From NCBI GenBank assembly GCA_013815355.1, contig JACDGG010000002.1:23908-87907 (forward strand): 64,000 nt of DNA, read 5' to 3'. Positions 63,044 to 64,000 of this stretch are shown here, in pieces. Below the pieces are notes generated by a model. That model was not told where the DNA came from and ran no database searches. It saw only the letters and a program-made list of their open reading frames with translations. Source of the stretch: Solirubrobacterales bacterium. Lineage in GTDB: Bacteria > Actinomycetota > Thermoleophilia > Solirubrobacterales > Solirubrobacteraceae. Position numbers and translations under genes: made by a program. The first letter of the stretch is position 1. Each line of letters begins with the position of its first letter.

Positions 63044-64000
63044 TCAGTCGCGCGTGGTGATGCCGTAACTGACGTGCTCGGGAGGACCCTCGGGTCCCTC
63101 GTCGGCGGGTTCCACGTTGCCGGTGTGGGCAGGCTCGCTGTAGCTCCTGCCGGTGAGGTAGCGGTCGACCATGCGTGCGCACTGGCGGCCCTCGTTGATC
63201 GCCCACACGATCAGTGACTGACCCCGGTGGGCGTCTCCCGCAGCAAAGACACCTTTCACGGAGGTGCTGTAGGGAGGCGTCGTCTTGACGTTACCTCGGG
63301 GGTCCTTCGCGACCCCGAGGTCGTCAAGCAGCTGCGGTTCGGGGTGCAGGAATCCCATCGCCAGCAGCACGAGGTCGGCCCGCAGCTCGCGCTCGGTGCC
63401 CGCGACGGGGGCGAACGGCACGGTCGACTCGGCGCGGGAGAAGCACAAGCCGCTGACGGCGCCGGCGGCGCCGATGAAGTGAGTGGTCGCGATCGAGTAG
63501 TCCTGCTCGCCGCGTCCCAGCTCTCGCGCCTCCTGCATCGCGTAGCTCAAGCGAAACTTGTCGGGCCAAAGCGGCCATGGGGTGCGGTCATCGGGCCGCT
63601 GTGGCGGGGGCAGCGGCAACAGCTCGAGCTGCGTGACCGACGCGGCGCCCTCGCGCAGGGCGTTGCCGACGCAGTCCGCGCCGGTGTCGCCGCCGCCGAT
63701 GACGACGACATGCTTTTCGGAGGCGTTGATCGGCTCGCTCGGTCGGGGAGGGGCGGGCATCGTTGGCTCGGGTCCTTGCTGGCCGGCCACCCAGCGGTTG
63801 CGCTGATACAGATAGTCCATCGCGAGGTGGATGCCACCAAGGTCGCGACCCTCGACCGGCAGGTCGCGCGGCACGCGCGAGCCGGTGGCGAGCACGGTCG
63901 CGTCGAACCCCTTCAGCAGATCCGTGACGGGGCCGTCGCGGCCGATGTCGACCCCGCAGCGCAGCTCGACGCCCTCGTCGATCAGCTGTTGCACGCGTCG
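63044..64000 (-). CDS. gltD: Glutamate synthase small (beta) subunit-like NADPH oxidoreductase, 5' end outside the window
   Basis: VVVIGGGDTGADCVG and VFAAGDAHRGQSLIVWAINEGRQCA. The reading frame is still open at the window edge. Confidence 0.8.
   Translation of the reverse strand, partial: RRVQQLIDEGVELRCGVDIGRDGPVTDLLKGFDATVLATGSRVPRDLPVEGRDLGGIHLAMDYLYQRNRWVAGQQGPEPTMPAPPRPSEPINASEKHVVVIGGGDTGADCVGNALREGAASVTQLELLPLPPPQRPDDRTPWPLWPDKFRLSYAMQEARELGRGEQDYSIATTHFIGAAGAVSGLCFSRAESTVPFAPVAGTERELRADLVLLAMGFLHPEPQLLDDLGVAKDPRGNVKTTPPYSTSVKGVFAAGDAHRGQSLIVWAINEGRQCARMVDRYLTGRSYSEPAHTGNVEPADEGPEGPPEHVSYGITTRD

Noticed and set aside
1-64000. CRISPR arrays, rRNA or tRNA genes, IS elements, toxin-antitoxin pairs or recognisable phage-defence cassettes.
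   Set aside because: Reading both strands showed no spaced direct-repeat arrays, no conserved RNA gene signatures, no transposase, integrase or nuclease-helicase-type ORFs and no small overlapping gene pairs of TA type.

Overview
High-GC, strongly GC3-biased chromosomal segment of actinobacterial type, read by eye from the ORF track and the raw sequence. All family calls rest on recalled motifs, not searches. I saw no rRNA, tRNA, CRISPR array, transposase or integrase. Coding is dense on both strands. Content includes a ClC channel with MarR, a cytochrome b/molybdopterin oxidoreductase fusion, a decayed pgmB-GH65 disaccharide phosphorylase locus and tandem-USP proteins. The pentose-phosphate genes sit in two convergent operons (tkt-tal-ndh against gnd-zwf). 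There are also two ECF-like sigma factors, a Crp-like regulator, two GAF-ANTAR regulators coupled to an SdhB-like/CCG-domain pair, AlkA, SulP, ETF-QO and a NarL-type two-component system. An ArsR-headed membrane/hemerythrin operon, ferredoxin, metE, an aa3 oxidase directly followed by a bd oxidase, rhodanese, OsmC, an SQR-like flavoprotein, PrpD-like plus ComA-like genes and a partial gltD complete the set. Two window-wide signals stand out. (1) A bipartite promoter-like motif, GTAAGA(A/C)C-N15/16-GAC-GCTA(G/A)(A/G)G, occurs at least 15 times, always intergenic or at gene ends and always pointing into a downstream gene. It often forms back-to-back divergent pairs, and in five cases the start codon lies 11-13 nt after the GCT core, which suggests leaderless mRNAs. 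It looks like an undescribed alternative-sigma (ECF-like) stress/redox regulon, and one sigma gene lies in a motif-headed operon. (2) Gene decay among paralogues is pervasive. It includes two complementary GH65 pseudogenes, an internally deleted SQR-like copy, short 3' remnants of Mo-oxidoreductase and AlkA paralogues, truncated DUF2090 and 2-hydroxyacid dehydrogenase genes, and a homopolymer frameshift in the ComA-like gene.
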